Below are positions 52,548 through 64,000 of a stretch of DNA of 64,000 nucleotides, one piece after another. Location of the stretch: assembly GCF_018350175.1 (NCBI RefSeq), contig NC_058368.1:36210001-36274000 (forward strand), in the 5' to 3' direction. Numbering within the stretch: position 1 is the stretch's first letter; each line of letters opens with the position of its first letter. A program made the position numbers and the translations under genes. This stretch comes from Felis catus (lineage: Eukaryota). The notes below the pieces were generated by a model, which had not been told where the DNA came from, did no database searches, and worked only from the letters and a program-made list of their open reading frames with translations.

Positions 52548-55500
52548 GTTAAGAGAGTCAAGTCAACAAGGACCTCCCTTCTCTCTTTCTCCCTGACACC
52601 TCTCACATCTACTTTTCTCTGTTTCCTTTTTTTTTATGATTTTCTCATTCTGTCCTACTTGCAGTGGCTCAGCCAATCAATCTCCCTTGCTAATTCAAGC
52701 AAATTGAGAGAGAGCTCTGACTGATCACACAGGAGTATGCTTTGCTTTGTTGAGGGGACCTAGCAGGGGGAGGTGGTGTTCTACAAGTGGGATCATGGGA
52801 TGCACTGGTACTTTAAACCACAAGGAATTGTAGAGTTCCTCAAAGGAACAAATAAAAACGAGATACGGCAGTATCTTGAACAGGCAAAACTGAAATTACT
52901 ACATAAAACGCACTGGGTTTGACTTGTCACCCAAACTGGTTGTAGTTTTTTAATCTTTCCGGTCCACGATTATGGAAGGTGATTAATACTACATGATGGA
53001 CATTCAATAATGATTAGTTTCTTTTATATTTTCATTTCTCTTATATTAGTGTGGACCTGGGGTATAAAAAAATTTTTATCATTAACTTGGAATAGTGGCA
53101 CAGCTTTCAAATTTACATATAAAGATACACTGCACCGTGATTCTGGAAGGTTCTAAACCTTTTCTTCAAAACCCACATACAGAATGGTTGAGAGAAAACC
53201 AGAGGACAAAGGGCAGAGCAGATGACAAGAAACCTGTGTTATAATATGAAGACTATGACCCTTTTTTTCCGGAGCAGGTTTTCATAAGTAGAGCCAGTCA
53301 GTGCCCATTATTTGTGAAGGTTTTCTCTGTCCCTTAATTCCCCTCAATAAAGACAAACAGTGCATAATGATAAACAAAATTCTCCTGGAGGTTTGAAGAT
53401 AACAAGAGGGAATTTTAAAAATTTACCAAATACAACTTTCCTAAGAATCCTAAGAAGCCCTTTAATGGACATTCCACACTTGCCATCATCTATTCAGCTT
53501 TCCAGACTGGTTCATTTCTGTGCCTTTCTCATTCAGCTTTTGAACTATATTCCAGAGTTTCCTTTCTGTTACACATGAGTATACCTTAACCCATGCATTA
53601 TTGAAAATTTATTGAAGGTTAGAAAGAGCTCTCTACACCTTCAGAGTGAAAGGAATTAAGTTTAATTTCTGGGAAGAGCTGAACAGGGAATTATAGACAA
53701 GAGAATCGGTAAAAGAAAAACATAAAGGCAGAATCAACATTTTTGCTTTAGTTACACAGAGTAACATGGAGAATTGTCCCATCACTCGTATAAGCATCCA
53801 GGTTTCTTAAAAGCTTTAACATTCTGAAAAGTATTTAACTAACTTGATCCTTTACCTTTGTTAATATGGACTACACCTTCTAAAAAAATTTAATTAATGG
53901 TAGACGGCTTGTAGGTTTATGTGTGTGTGTTTGCAAAATATAAAATATAATTGAAAATATTGGGTTTTTTTATGTTTACTGATTCATGGAACCTCTTGTG
54001 TATATATTTAATCCTTATTTTTTCATGGAGAAAGCATGCTAAGCATTTAATATATGACCTATGTCTCTCTCTCTCAACTCTGAGGAGTCAAAGCCTTTGT
54101 AACAGTCCTGGAAAAGCAACCATCACGGTTGCAGGATGGGTTTTCACATGCGTTCAAAGAGAGCTGGGACCAAACAGTCTATTTGCCTTAATCACCATGT
54201 GTAAGATTGGACAACAGATGTTCTCCTACATGTGGTTTGCTAATTTATTTCATTCTTTCTGTCCATTTACATGATGCATTCTGAAAATTAGTATTGAGAA
54301 AGTGTAATCGAATCTTCTGCTCCTCCTGGTAAACAAAATGTAATTTCTCACATTAATATATTATCTTTCAATTCCAAAACTTAGAGAAAAGAATGTCTAT
54401 TACCAACCACCACCTTACACTGTGCACAAATTAAAAATCCACACCATTCTTTGGCTCCATACAAAAATGCCAAAGTACACTCTTTTAAGAACAGCAGCAG
54501 GAAAGCAAACAAACACAGCTGCTACTCTGCTATCATGCTATATTTAACATCTAGAAAAAGATGATTTGATTTTTACTCACAAATTCTGGCAAATTCTATC
54601 ACTACCCCTCTCCCATATTCGTATACATTCACACATTCTCTGAAAGTCTAGAAATGTGCTCACAATTATATTTAAAGCCATAATTTAAATGTGGCTAGTT
54701 CTGAAAGAAATGAATGACTTCTACCAAAAATACTCAACATCAGGTATCTTCTAGAAAGCCTTGTGGATCAGGATCCATTTTTCTGTTATGACTGACTAAT
54801 ACTAGTAATGCTGAAGTGCCTTGATCCACTTATGGAGGAAACTGATGTGGTTTTCCATTATATGGTATAGCTAACCATAGGATATTTAAATTGGTTTCAA
54901 ATTTTAGGTTAATGTTTTTATTGCTGTCCTGTTACTTACCTTAATTCATCTTAGTATTTTATGGTGTTAGACATTACTGTCTGCATAATGATCATAGAAG
55001 TTTTAAATGTAGTGCCTCGTTTTTCCTTATTAGTGCAGCTAGTAAACTTCACTTCTTCAGGAAAAATGATCATATTATATATATATTTAGAAACAGATAA
55101 TTATATTGTTGAATGATACTGCCTTAAGTGGTACTTTAATTCTTATGCAGTGGGTAACTTGATTGTAAGCACCCAGAGAATATGTACTAAGTTTACCATT
55201 TTTTAATTATAAAAATAAAATAAATATGGTAATAAAAAATCCAACATTACAGAAGATTATAAAACAGCAAGCAAAAATCTCCCATTCTTCACTCCTAGTT
55301 CTATTTAGCAAAGATAACCACATTTAGCCTTTTTAATTTCAAGCCCTTCTGGTCATTACCTCTATATTACTGAATATTATACTTATGCTTTGTTTTCTAA
55401 ATTTATTGATACTCAATACTATCAACTGACTCTGTTATGAAAGATTAGAAAATTAGCTTACTTCTACTCCCTCTGCTATCTCCTACTTTCAATTTTTGCT

Positions 55501-55769
55501 AATCTAACTTTTATTTCTGTTAAATTAGTTACCTTTGTTTTTATTTACATATGTACACATCAATGTTTTTACATTTATAATCACATAAATGTGCTAATAT
55601 GGTATATGTTTTGTCTTAATGCAGTTTTTTCTGTTGTTTTTCTTTTGCCTAATTCTCCCTCCCTCAATTCAGAAACACAGTCTTTTCCCATTAACAAATG
55701 TTTCCACCCTATTAAGAATCCTTTGATATTTCTTCATGATTATATAAACATATGAAACATTCCTTTTGT

Positions 55770-55930
55770 TTAATGGGTGTAGAGTTTTAGTTCTGCAAGA
55801 TGAAAAAGTTCTGGAGATCTGTTGTACAACAATGTGAATATACTTAACACTAATGAACCTGTGCTTAAAACTGATTAAAATGGGTACATTTTATGTTATG
55901 TGTTTTTACCACAATTACATTTTTTTAAAA
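55770..55930 (+). mobile_element. L1M 3' terminal fragment
   Basis: gcaagatgaaaaagttctggagatctgttgtacaacaatgtgaatatacttaacact. Confidence 0.8.
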
Positions 55931-56635
55931 AAGAACATGACTATATAGTCATACACGTATTTTCATATACAGGAAGCCTTCACTTTGCATAGTTGCTACA
56001 TAAAGAAACTTACCACAGTTCAGTTAAAGAATACCAGTCACTCCACAACAATATGGTTCAAAATTCAGTTGCCAGAATGTATTCTCTGTGAACAACTGCA
56101 TAAAGTACAAACATCACCGCTAGCTTGTCACTCTATCACCTTGTAAATAACAAATGTACGTCATGATAAGTGACCAATCACGTCACTTCTTTCGAAATCT
56201 GTTGATGATTGGTCACTGCCCATCTTTATTCGGATCACGTACAGAGGGAAAACATTGTAGGCGTGTTGCCATGTTCTCTGCCAGAGGTAAAACCATGTCA
56301 TATCCACAAAACTTAAATAATCAAAAGAGGTACATGGGCAACCAAAATGAGAGAGCAGCAAAGGTAAGAAGTAATAATGCTGGAGGTGAATTCAAATTGA
56401 ATATAAGTGGAGTTTAAGAGAGGTAGCTGGCCATGGGAACGTTGACCCTACAGCCATTCAGGAGATCGTAGCTATGCAGCCAGAGGAACTTAGCAACATA
56501 AATGGACTTAACAACATAAATGAGGAAAGTGATTGTGATTAAAATAATTATGTCCCAGAGGGAGTGATGCCAGCGAAAAACTTTGCATTAAAAGCGTTTC
56601 TGGAGATATTTCACAGCACTGAAAGTGCAAAGGAT

Positions 56636-56922
56636 GGGGACGCCTGGGTGGCTCAGTGGTTTGGCAGCTGACTTCCGCTGGGATCATGGTCATGCTGGGG
56701 TCCTGGTTCATGGGTTGAGCCACACATCAGGCTCTGTGCTGACAGCTCAGAGTCTGGAGACTGCTTCAGATTCTGTGTCTCCCTCTCCCTCTGCCCCCAC
56801 CTCGCCCCCCGCTCACACTCTATCTCTGTCTCTCTCTGTCTCTCAAAAATAAATAAACATTAGAAAGGAAGGAAGGAAGGAAGGAAGGAAGGAAGGAAGG
56901 AAGGAAGGAAGGAAGAAAGAAA
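56636..56922 (+). mobile_element. Can-SINE whose tail contains (GGAA)12
   Basis: ggggacgcctgggtggctcag head; GGAA repeat at 56867-56914. Confidence 0.9.
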
Positions 56923-57064
56923 AAGGAACAAAAGATACAGTGTCAGAAACTGATCCAAAGTTATAAAGAAGTATGACAACTCCCCAGAAATGGAAATGGA
57001 AAAGATACTTGCTGTTTTGTAAGTTATCCAATGAGAAGGTAGCAGCACTTTTCCAATTCTTCTT

Positions 57065-57109
57065 TTTTTTTTCATCATGGTAAGTGTAGTTTTTAATCCC
57101 CATTGCCTA

Positions 57110-57149
<40 letters not shown>

Positions 57150-57403
57150 ACACACCTATGTCCCCTCTGGTAGCCATTAGTTTGTTTTCTACAGCTAAAA
57201 GTCTGTTTCTTGGTTTGTGTCTATTTTGTTCCTTTGCTCCTTTGTGTTTCTCAAATTCCACATATTAGTGAAAGAATAGTATTTGTCTTTCTCTGACTGA
57301 CTTATTTTGCTTAGCATTATACTTTCTAGCTCTATCCATATTGTTGCAAATGACAAGATTTCATTTTTTTCTTATGGCTGCATAATTTTTGACTATATAT
57401 ATA

Positions 57404-57450
<47 letters not shown>

Positions 57451-58594
57451 CCTGTTCTTTATCCATTCATCTATCAATGGACACTTGGGCCGCTTCCATA
57501 GTTTGACCATTGTAAATAGCGCTTCAATAAACATAGAGGTCTGTGTATCCCTTTGAATTAGTGTTTGTGTATTTTTTGAATAAACACCCACTAGTGTAAT
57601 TACTGGATCATAGGGTAGTTCCATTTTTAACTTTTTGAGGAACCTCGATACTGTTTTCCACAGTGGCTGTACCAGTTTGCATTCCCACCAACAGTGCAAG
57701 AGGTTCCTTTTTCTCCACATCCTGGCCAACTCTTGTTTCTTGTGTTTTTTATTTTAACCCTTCTGACAGGTGTGAGGTGATCTCATTGTAGTTTTGATTT
57801 GCATTTCCCTGGTGATGAGTGATGCTGAGTATTTTTGCATGTGTCTATTGGCCATCTGTATGTCTTCTCTAGAGAAATGTCTGTTCATGTCTTCTGCCCA
57901 CTTTTTAATTGGTTTGTTTTTGGGTGTTGAGTTGTATAAGTTCTTTATATATTTTGAATACTAACCATTTACTAGAAATGTCATTTGCAAATATCTTCTT
58001 CTATTCAATAGGTTGCCTTTTAGTTTTGTTGACTGTTCCTTTGCTGTACAGAAACTTTTTGTTTTGATGTAGTCCTAATAGTTTATTTTGGCTTTTATTT
58101 CCCTTACCTGTAGAGACATATCTAGAAAAATGTTGCTATCACCAATGTCAGGGAAATCAATGCCTCTACTCTCCTCAAGGATTTTTGTGGTTTCAGGTCT
58201 CACATTTAGGTTTTTAATCCATTTTGAGTTTATTTTTGTATATGGTATAAGGATGTGGTCCAGTTTCATTCTTTTTCATGTAGTTGTCCGATTTTCCCAG
58301 CACCATTTGTTGAAAAGGCTGTGTTTTTCTCATTGCATATTCTTTCTTCCTTTATCAAATATTAATTGACCATGTGATTGTGAGTTTATTTCTGGGTTTC
58401 TATTCTGTTCCATTGATCTATGTTTGTATTTTTATGCCAGTACCATTACCACACTGTTTTAATTACTACCACTTTGTAATATAACTCAAAATCTGGAATG
58501 GTAATGCCTCCAGTTTTGTTTTTCTTTTTCAAGATTGCTTTGGCTCTTCAAGGTTTTTGTGGCTCCATACAAGTCTTAGGATTGTTTGTTCTAA
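57065..58594 (-). mobile_element. 5'-truncated L1 (carnivore-type) with ORF2 C-terminal remnants
   Basis: ORFs 57361-57729 ([16 protein letters not shown]...LPYDP) and 58075-58269 (KLDHILIPYTKINSKWIKNLNVRPET) are L1 ORF2p C-terminal motifs. TSD ttccaattMttctt at 57051-57064 and 58595-58608. Confidence 0.93.
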
Positions 58595-58662
58595 TTCCAA
58601 TTATTCTTGATAAGTTTGTTTTAATAAGTTTTTTTACAAAGAAATAAAATGCTTTAACTCTT

Positions 58663-58885
58663 TTTTTTTTAATTTTTTTTTTCAACGTTTATTTATTTTT
58701 GGGACAGAGAGAGACAGAGCATGAACGGGGGAGGGGCAGAGAGAGAGGGAGACACAGAATCGGAAACAGGCTCCAGGCTCTGAGCCATCAGCCCAGAGCC
58801 CCACGCGGGGCTCGAACTCACAGACCGCGAGATCGTGACCTGGCTGAAGTCGGACGCTCAACTGACTGCGCCACCCAGGCGCCCC
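58663..58885 (-). mobile_element. Young felid Can-SINE (SINEC_Fc-like) with perfect 17-bp TSD
   Basis: CpG-rich and nearly identical to the copy at 7909-8139; TSD aaaatgctttaactctt at 58646-58662 and 58886-58902. Confidence 0.96.
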
Positions 58886-60161
58886 AAAATGCTTTAACTC
58901 TTAATGCTCTTCATGGTTTAATTTACGGTGTACTAAATAAACATTAGTTAAAAATTTGTTAATTTCTCCATACATTTATGACTGACACAAAGGTTTTAGT
59001 TTTTGACTAAGTGTTTAAAGGCTCTAGAACAACCATAGTTTTCTCCATTGATTATTAAAATCAACTTGCATGGTTTCAGCTTGAATGTTTGTTTGTTTCT
59101 TTTGGGGGTCCCATTCTACTTTTTTAGGGTTTTGGTCACTATTGTGCAAAATTGAGATCATGTTACTGAAATTTTCTACATTTTCCTCTTCTCACTAAAG
59201 AGTTCTTGATGGAAATCTCTTTAAATCAACTATAATAATTCTAAAGAATTATTTTTAAATTGTTGAAAATTTCATGGTATCAGGTACCATGAAAAATGCT
59301 TTTAGTTTTGTGCCACAATGATCATTGCTTCAATAAACATTCTGTACAAATATTCTTAATTACTAGTTGATTTATTTCTTTAATATAAATTCCCAGGAAT
59401 GGAACTGCAGGGTTAAAGGTATATTTTTCTTTTCTTTTTTTTTTTTTTTTTTTTTTCCTATCACCAAAAGGCTGTAGCAATTCCCAAAATTCTGCAACAA
59501 TGCATATTTCAGTTTCTTTCTCAGGTGAGGTAAGTAAAGTTAGGTAAAAAAGTTCCTTTTCTTTTGCAGCCTCAACAGAAATAGATGCTAGAGCTCTTAA
59601 ATTGTTGCCAGATAGGGTAAGATTATAGCTCATGGTTAATTTAATCAGCTAATATTGACTATTAGAGAATTTGAATTTTTTTTCTTAGGTTTATTTCTGT
59701 TGGTCATTTGGAATTGCTCTTTTGTAAGTAATCTTTTTTGTGATCTTTGCTGATTTTTTAAATTGAGCTGTCTTTTCTTGTCCATCTTGAGCTTTTTGTA
59801 CATTATAGATTGAATAGCCCATAAATGTAGAAAAGAAAAGTGATTTGGATGAGGTCAGAACTTGCTTTCCTAATTAGCCAGAGCATGCATTCATCATCTC
59901 AGTAAGATATTGGTATAAAAAGAAGCAAATGGATCTGTAGAACAGAACAGTCTTCAGAAACAAATCCAAGTATTTATGATAAGTCATTAAATTTATTATA
60001 TTTTTATACAAGTGGGAAAATGATGGATTATTTAATAAGTTTTGCAGACAAAACTGACTCATTACATGTAAAAAGTCAAATTGGACTCTATTTTAGAAAA
60101 GAAAATACATGTCATATGGATTAAAGCTATAATTGTAAAATTTTAAAAACATTCATACAAT

Positions 60162-60288
60162 GGGGCACCTGGGTGGCTAAATTGGTTAAAGTATCCAACT
60201 TTGGCTCAGGTCATGATCTCACAGTTCGTGAGTTCAAGCCCCACATCAGGCTCTGTACTGGCAGCTTGGAGCCTGGGCCTGTTTCAGA

Positions 60289-60329
<41 letters not shown>

Positions 60330-60390
60330 TTCTCCTCCCCTGCTCATGCTTTGTCTCTCTCTCTCTCAAAAAATAAACATTTTAAAAAAT
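60162..60390 (+). mobile_element. Can-SINE with internal (TG)n expansion
   Basis: Typical head; gattctgtgt expanded into about 18 TG units at ~60293-60328. Confidence 0.92.
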
Positions 60391-60510
60391 ACACTAAAAC
60401 ATTTGTACACAAAAATATAGGATACTACATATATAATCTATGGATAGAGAAGCTAAAATTTCTGAAAAAGATGATGAAATGTATTTGACTATCTAAAACT
60501 TAGAAATTTA

Positions 60511-60730
60511 GTGGCGCCTGGGTGGCTCAGTCGATTAAGTGTCCAACTTCAGCTCAGGTCATGATCTCGCAGTTCATGAGTCCAAACCCTACATTGGGCT
60601 CTGTGCTGACAGCTCAGAGCCTGGAGCCAGCTTCAGATTCTGTGTCTCCCTCTTTCTCTTCCCCTCCTCTGTTCGCACTCTGTCTCTCTATCACAAATGA
60701 ATAAATGTTAAAAAAAATTAAAAATTAAAA
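60511..60730 (+). mobile_element. Can-SINE
   Basis: ggcgcctgggtggctcagtcg head, CT tract, A tail. Confidence 0.92.
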
Positions 60731-60829
60731 ATTTATATGGCAAAATTTGTTTACAAAGTCAATAGAAAATTATGTGTGTGTATATATGTGTATACGTAAA
60801 TATATATAAACACGTATATTCACTATCAC

Positions 60830-61280
60830 TGCATAATAAATTATCTACATAATAAATTCATAAGACAAAGAAATAATGTAACAAGATTTACTACCGCAAG
60901 ATTTCTTTGGGTCAGGAATCTGGGTGTGGCTAAGGTGAATACCTCTAACTCAAGATTTCTCGTGAGGTTGCAGGCAATTTATCAGCCAGGAATTCAGTCA
61001 TGCCTGAAGGCTCACCTCTGGGAAAAGGATCATTGTAGGTCTTTCCACATGACTGTCTCACAACCTGGCAGCTGAGCAATCCAACAAAGCACTCGGGGTG
61101 GAAGTCACAGTCCTTTTTTATAAGCTAATCTCAAGTGACACCCCATCATGTCTGCTGTATTCTAGTCTTTAGGAGTTAGTCAATAAATCAAGCCCACACT
61201 CAAAATGAAAAGATTACACAAAGATGTGAACACCAGCAGACAGGGATCATTGGGGACCATCTTCGAGGCTGCTTACCAGA
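60830..61280 (-). mobile_element. MLT1-type LTR
   Basis: gggtcaggaatctggg...gaagtcacagtc...gggatcattggggaccatctt..ggctgcttacca. Confidence 0.75.
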
Positions 61281-62129
61281 ATATGTCACATTCATAATTT
61301 TAAATAATATACATACTTAAATCTCGTTTCTCATTTGAACAACTTTCAGTGAAATCTCTCAGCTACCATAAAATGAGGAAATTAGTTCCTTCTACCTCTC
61401 TCTTGCCAGCTCTCACTTGCCATTTCTATCTGCTAGATTACAGTGTTTACATTGACAATGTTTATAACATTTACCTGACAAATATAATTAAATCTATTGA
61501 CTATCTTCACTTTAAGTGAAGGAATAGGCAGGATTCTTTTCTCCCATCTTTCAGTTTGAGGGAGGCTTACTCTGGTGGACAACTCACACACAAGACACCT
61601 TCGCCCTTCTCTGGCAGACTGTCCCATTTATTTTTAGCCTGGGGTTGCAGTTGAGGAAACTTATAGCTGATCTATAGAATTTGCCTCACATAATCACCTT
61701 GATTTCTGTCTCAATTTTCACTCCCTGTTTCTAAACTTTCCAATATAGAATCTGAAGTCTCCCAGGACTTGATAGGAAATGGTGATGCTCATTTCTACTA
61801 TACATTTTCCTGCATAGGTTTTGGTCTGTAGATTCTTTTACTCAAGCTTACTCATCAACAGGCTCCCATCTACTTTCTCTTCTACAAATTTATTACAAGC
61901 CCTTATCTGATGATATCCCCACTCCTGGTTTTTGATTCTTTAATGAATATATTTTCCTATTAACTTCTTCACTAGTATTTCAGTAGAATTCTGGAAGGAC
62001 CAGGGGCTAAATCGTTTCACCTAGTTTTCCATAGTGAAAAAGAACCAACCCTATCTATCTAGAAGATAGTTGATGGATGCTTATCGGATATTTAAATTAA
62101 TAGATTAATGCTTTGAGGTGAATATGGTC

Positions 62130-62720
62130 ATATTAGTTTTCTATTGTAGTGACATAAATTACCACAAACTAGGCTTAAAACAACAGAAATGTATTATCTT
62201 ATAGTTCTGGAGGTCAGAAGCTCAAAATGGGTCTCCCAGGGCTAAAACTAAGGTACTAAAAGAGCCACATTCCTTTCTAGAGAATCTAGGGGAGAATTCA
62301 TGTCTATGCCCAAGAAAGTCATTGGCAAAATCCATATGTTTGCTGTTGTAGACAGATTCCCATTTCTTCTTCTTGTCAGCTCAAGGCTTGTTCCAGCTTC
62401 TAGAAACCACTCACATGCCTAGGCTCACAGCCCTGTTCTCCATTTTCAAAACCAGCAAGAGCAGATCAAGTCTCTCATGCTTCAGATCTTGTCTGCTTCC
62501 TCATGTATCATCACATCTGTCACGCACTCTTCAGTCTTCCCTTCCTGCTTTTTAGGGTCCACCTCAATAATTAAGTATAATCTCCATATTGTAAAGTCAA
62601 CAGATAAGCAACTTTAATCTGTATCCTTAGTTTTCTTTTGCCATGTAAGGTAACATATTCACATATTCCAGAAATTAGGACATGGACATCTTTGGTGGGC
62701 CATTATTCTGCCTTCCACAG
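62130..62720 (-). mobile_element. MLT1-type solo LTR
   Basis: aaattaccacaaact...cttaaaacaacagaaatgtattatcttatagttctggaggtcagaag...ggacatctttggtgggccattattctgcct. Confidence 0.85.
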
Positions 62721-64000
62721 CAGTTAATATCTGCTGCCATTTACCAGGAAAAGTGATTGTACAATTCTACTTATTTGGGAAGAGTGTGTAGAAGAATGAT
62801 GGAACTTCAGGAAGTCTATGAACGAGGTGAGCAAGTATACTTGACTGAGAAGAGAAAGGTATTATTTAGGAAGTGGTGAAAAAGAAAATATGGAACATTA
62901 ATTCTTAATCATATAAGCAGAATAAGTAACTGGTATCAGAATGTCCCATGTCCCAGGACATTCTACTTAGAAGTACCTAAAATATTCTTATCGCAGAACT
63001 TACATATTTGCCTTATTTACAAATTAAGGCAGAGAGTTAACTGAAAGAAATGTATATTACTGGAACTAAAAATAGGTGTGGAAAAAATAAATGTGGTATG
63101 ATTTGTAAGATGTTTCTGCTTAAACTGAAGATATACGCAGAACTACAATGAACCTTGAGATTTCAAAATACGTTTCCTTAGAGAGTCAACATATGCAATG
63201 AAGATAGTGAAAAATAACAGTTGCTTGGAATATATCGAAAGTGGCAACTTTGTTATACAAAATTTAACTATCCCCTAAATTCTGAAAACAGAACCATTCA
63301 TAAAATCCTTGTTTCCACATTTGCAGTATGATAACGCCAAATGTCATGCTCTGTAAAGTAGTAAATATCATTCTCTTTAACATAAAGAAAAAAAGATGTT
63401 TTTCCACACGATATTTCCACTAATGCATTTTGAGAATTTCATTGCTAATGCATGTAGCTTAGAATGGAAAGAAACTTGGCAAATGAAAAACGTGGATTTT
63501 TCACAATGCTCAGTAGCTTATTTTTTTCTATCTTACATGACATAGGGAAAATATACTTTTTAAATGCCCATTTATTGTTATGCTATCATTTGTGTGATTA
63601 AATATAGGAGCAGTAAACAAGTTTGCAGTTCCATTGCCTATTTCTGCTTTATACAAACTTTATCACTAATTGATTCTTGCTTCTAATGCCAAAGCAAAGC
63701 TAAGGGATACGTTCAAACGTTCGTTTAAAGGTTGACTGCCTGTCCAGATTGTTGTGCTATGCAGACAAAAATAAGCAAATATGCATGTTCTCTACTTTAC
63801 TGATGAACATGTAGATGAATACAATTCAGCCACCGCGGTAAGTTGGCTACATATAGTGCCTCCTGAGGTGTCATCTTGCTAAGAAATGTATCTTTAACAT
63901 TTAAATACTCACATAAACATCGAAGACTGTTCTGAATATAAATCTGATACTATTTCCTACAAATTGCAGAACTCAATATGTGATTAAAATAAAAAGTCAA

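Larger units (their letters stand above)
55970..59162 (+). mobile_element. TcMar-Tigger-like non-autonomous DNA transposon, interrupted by two SINEs and an L1
   Basis: Starts TA|caggaagccttcactttgcatag and ends ...ctattgtgcaaaattgagatcatg (degenerate TIR). The text reads continuously across the three insertions; subfamily not assigned. Confidence 0.65.

Noticed and set aside
57361..58369. ORFs with reverse-transcriptase-protein-like C-terminal motifs as a host gene
   Set aside because: Broken L1 ORF2 remnants in a 5'-truncated insertion with TSDs.
59234..59294. 9-10 bp AT-rich inverted repeats
   Set aside because: Short, AT-rich and within decayed repeat context; no evidence of function.
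5501..60704. Recurrent 'MAQSVKRPTSAQVMISQFVSSSP' ORF family
   Set aside because: Translations of Can-SINE copies, not a gene family.

Overview
Mammalian genomic DNA from a felid (cat family), judged from about 22 tRNA-derived Can-SINE (SINEC_Fc-type) copies plus older eutherian repeats (L1, L2, MIR, MLT1, MER5A, MER20, MER45, MER58, Tigger). The only supportable protein-coding gene is the 5' end of DIAPH3 (diaphanous-related formin 3 / mDia2) on the minus strand. It comprises a CpG-island promoter (~40880-41730), coding exon 1 (41036-41212, MDRHRPRLHH...EKRPKF), a 26.3-kb intron 1 and the 33-nt exon 2 (14736-14768, HLNIRTLTDDM); I did not find exon 3, which probably lies left of the window. 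Positions 41.7-64 kb are upstream intergenic, repeat-rich DNA. Nearly all ORFs in the supplied track are repeat or low-complexity artefacts. I see no evidence of a new multi-gene system. The most notable observations are: a perfect 26-bp-stem hairpin in intron 2 (10230-10310) that looks like a template-switch inverted duplication of a MIR relic; a CG at -173/-172 matching the human AUNA1 5'UTR mutation site next to a short uORF; RBFOX/QKI motifs downstream of exon 2; a strong CTCF motif inside a MER20 copy; and a Tigger-like element carrying three later insertions. Repeat family names are from recall of consensus sequences, not from a search.
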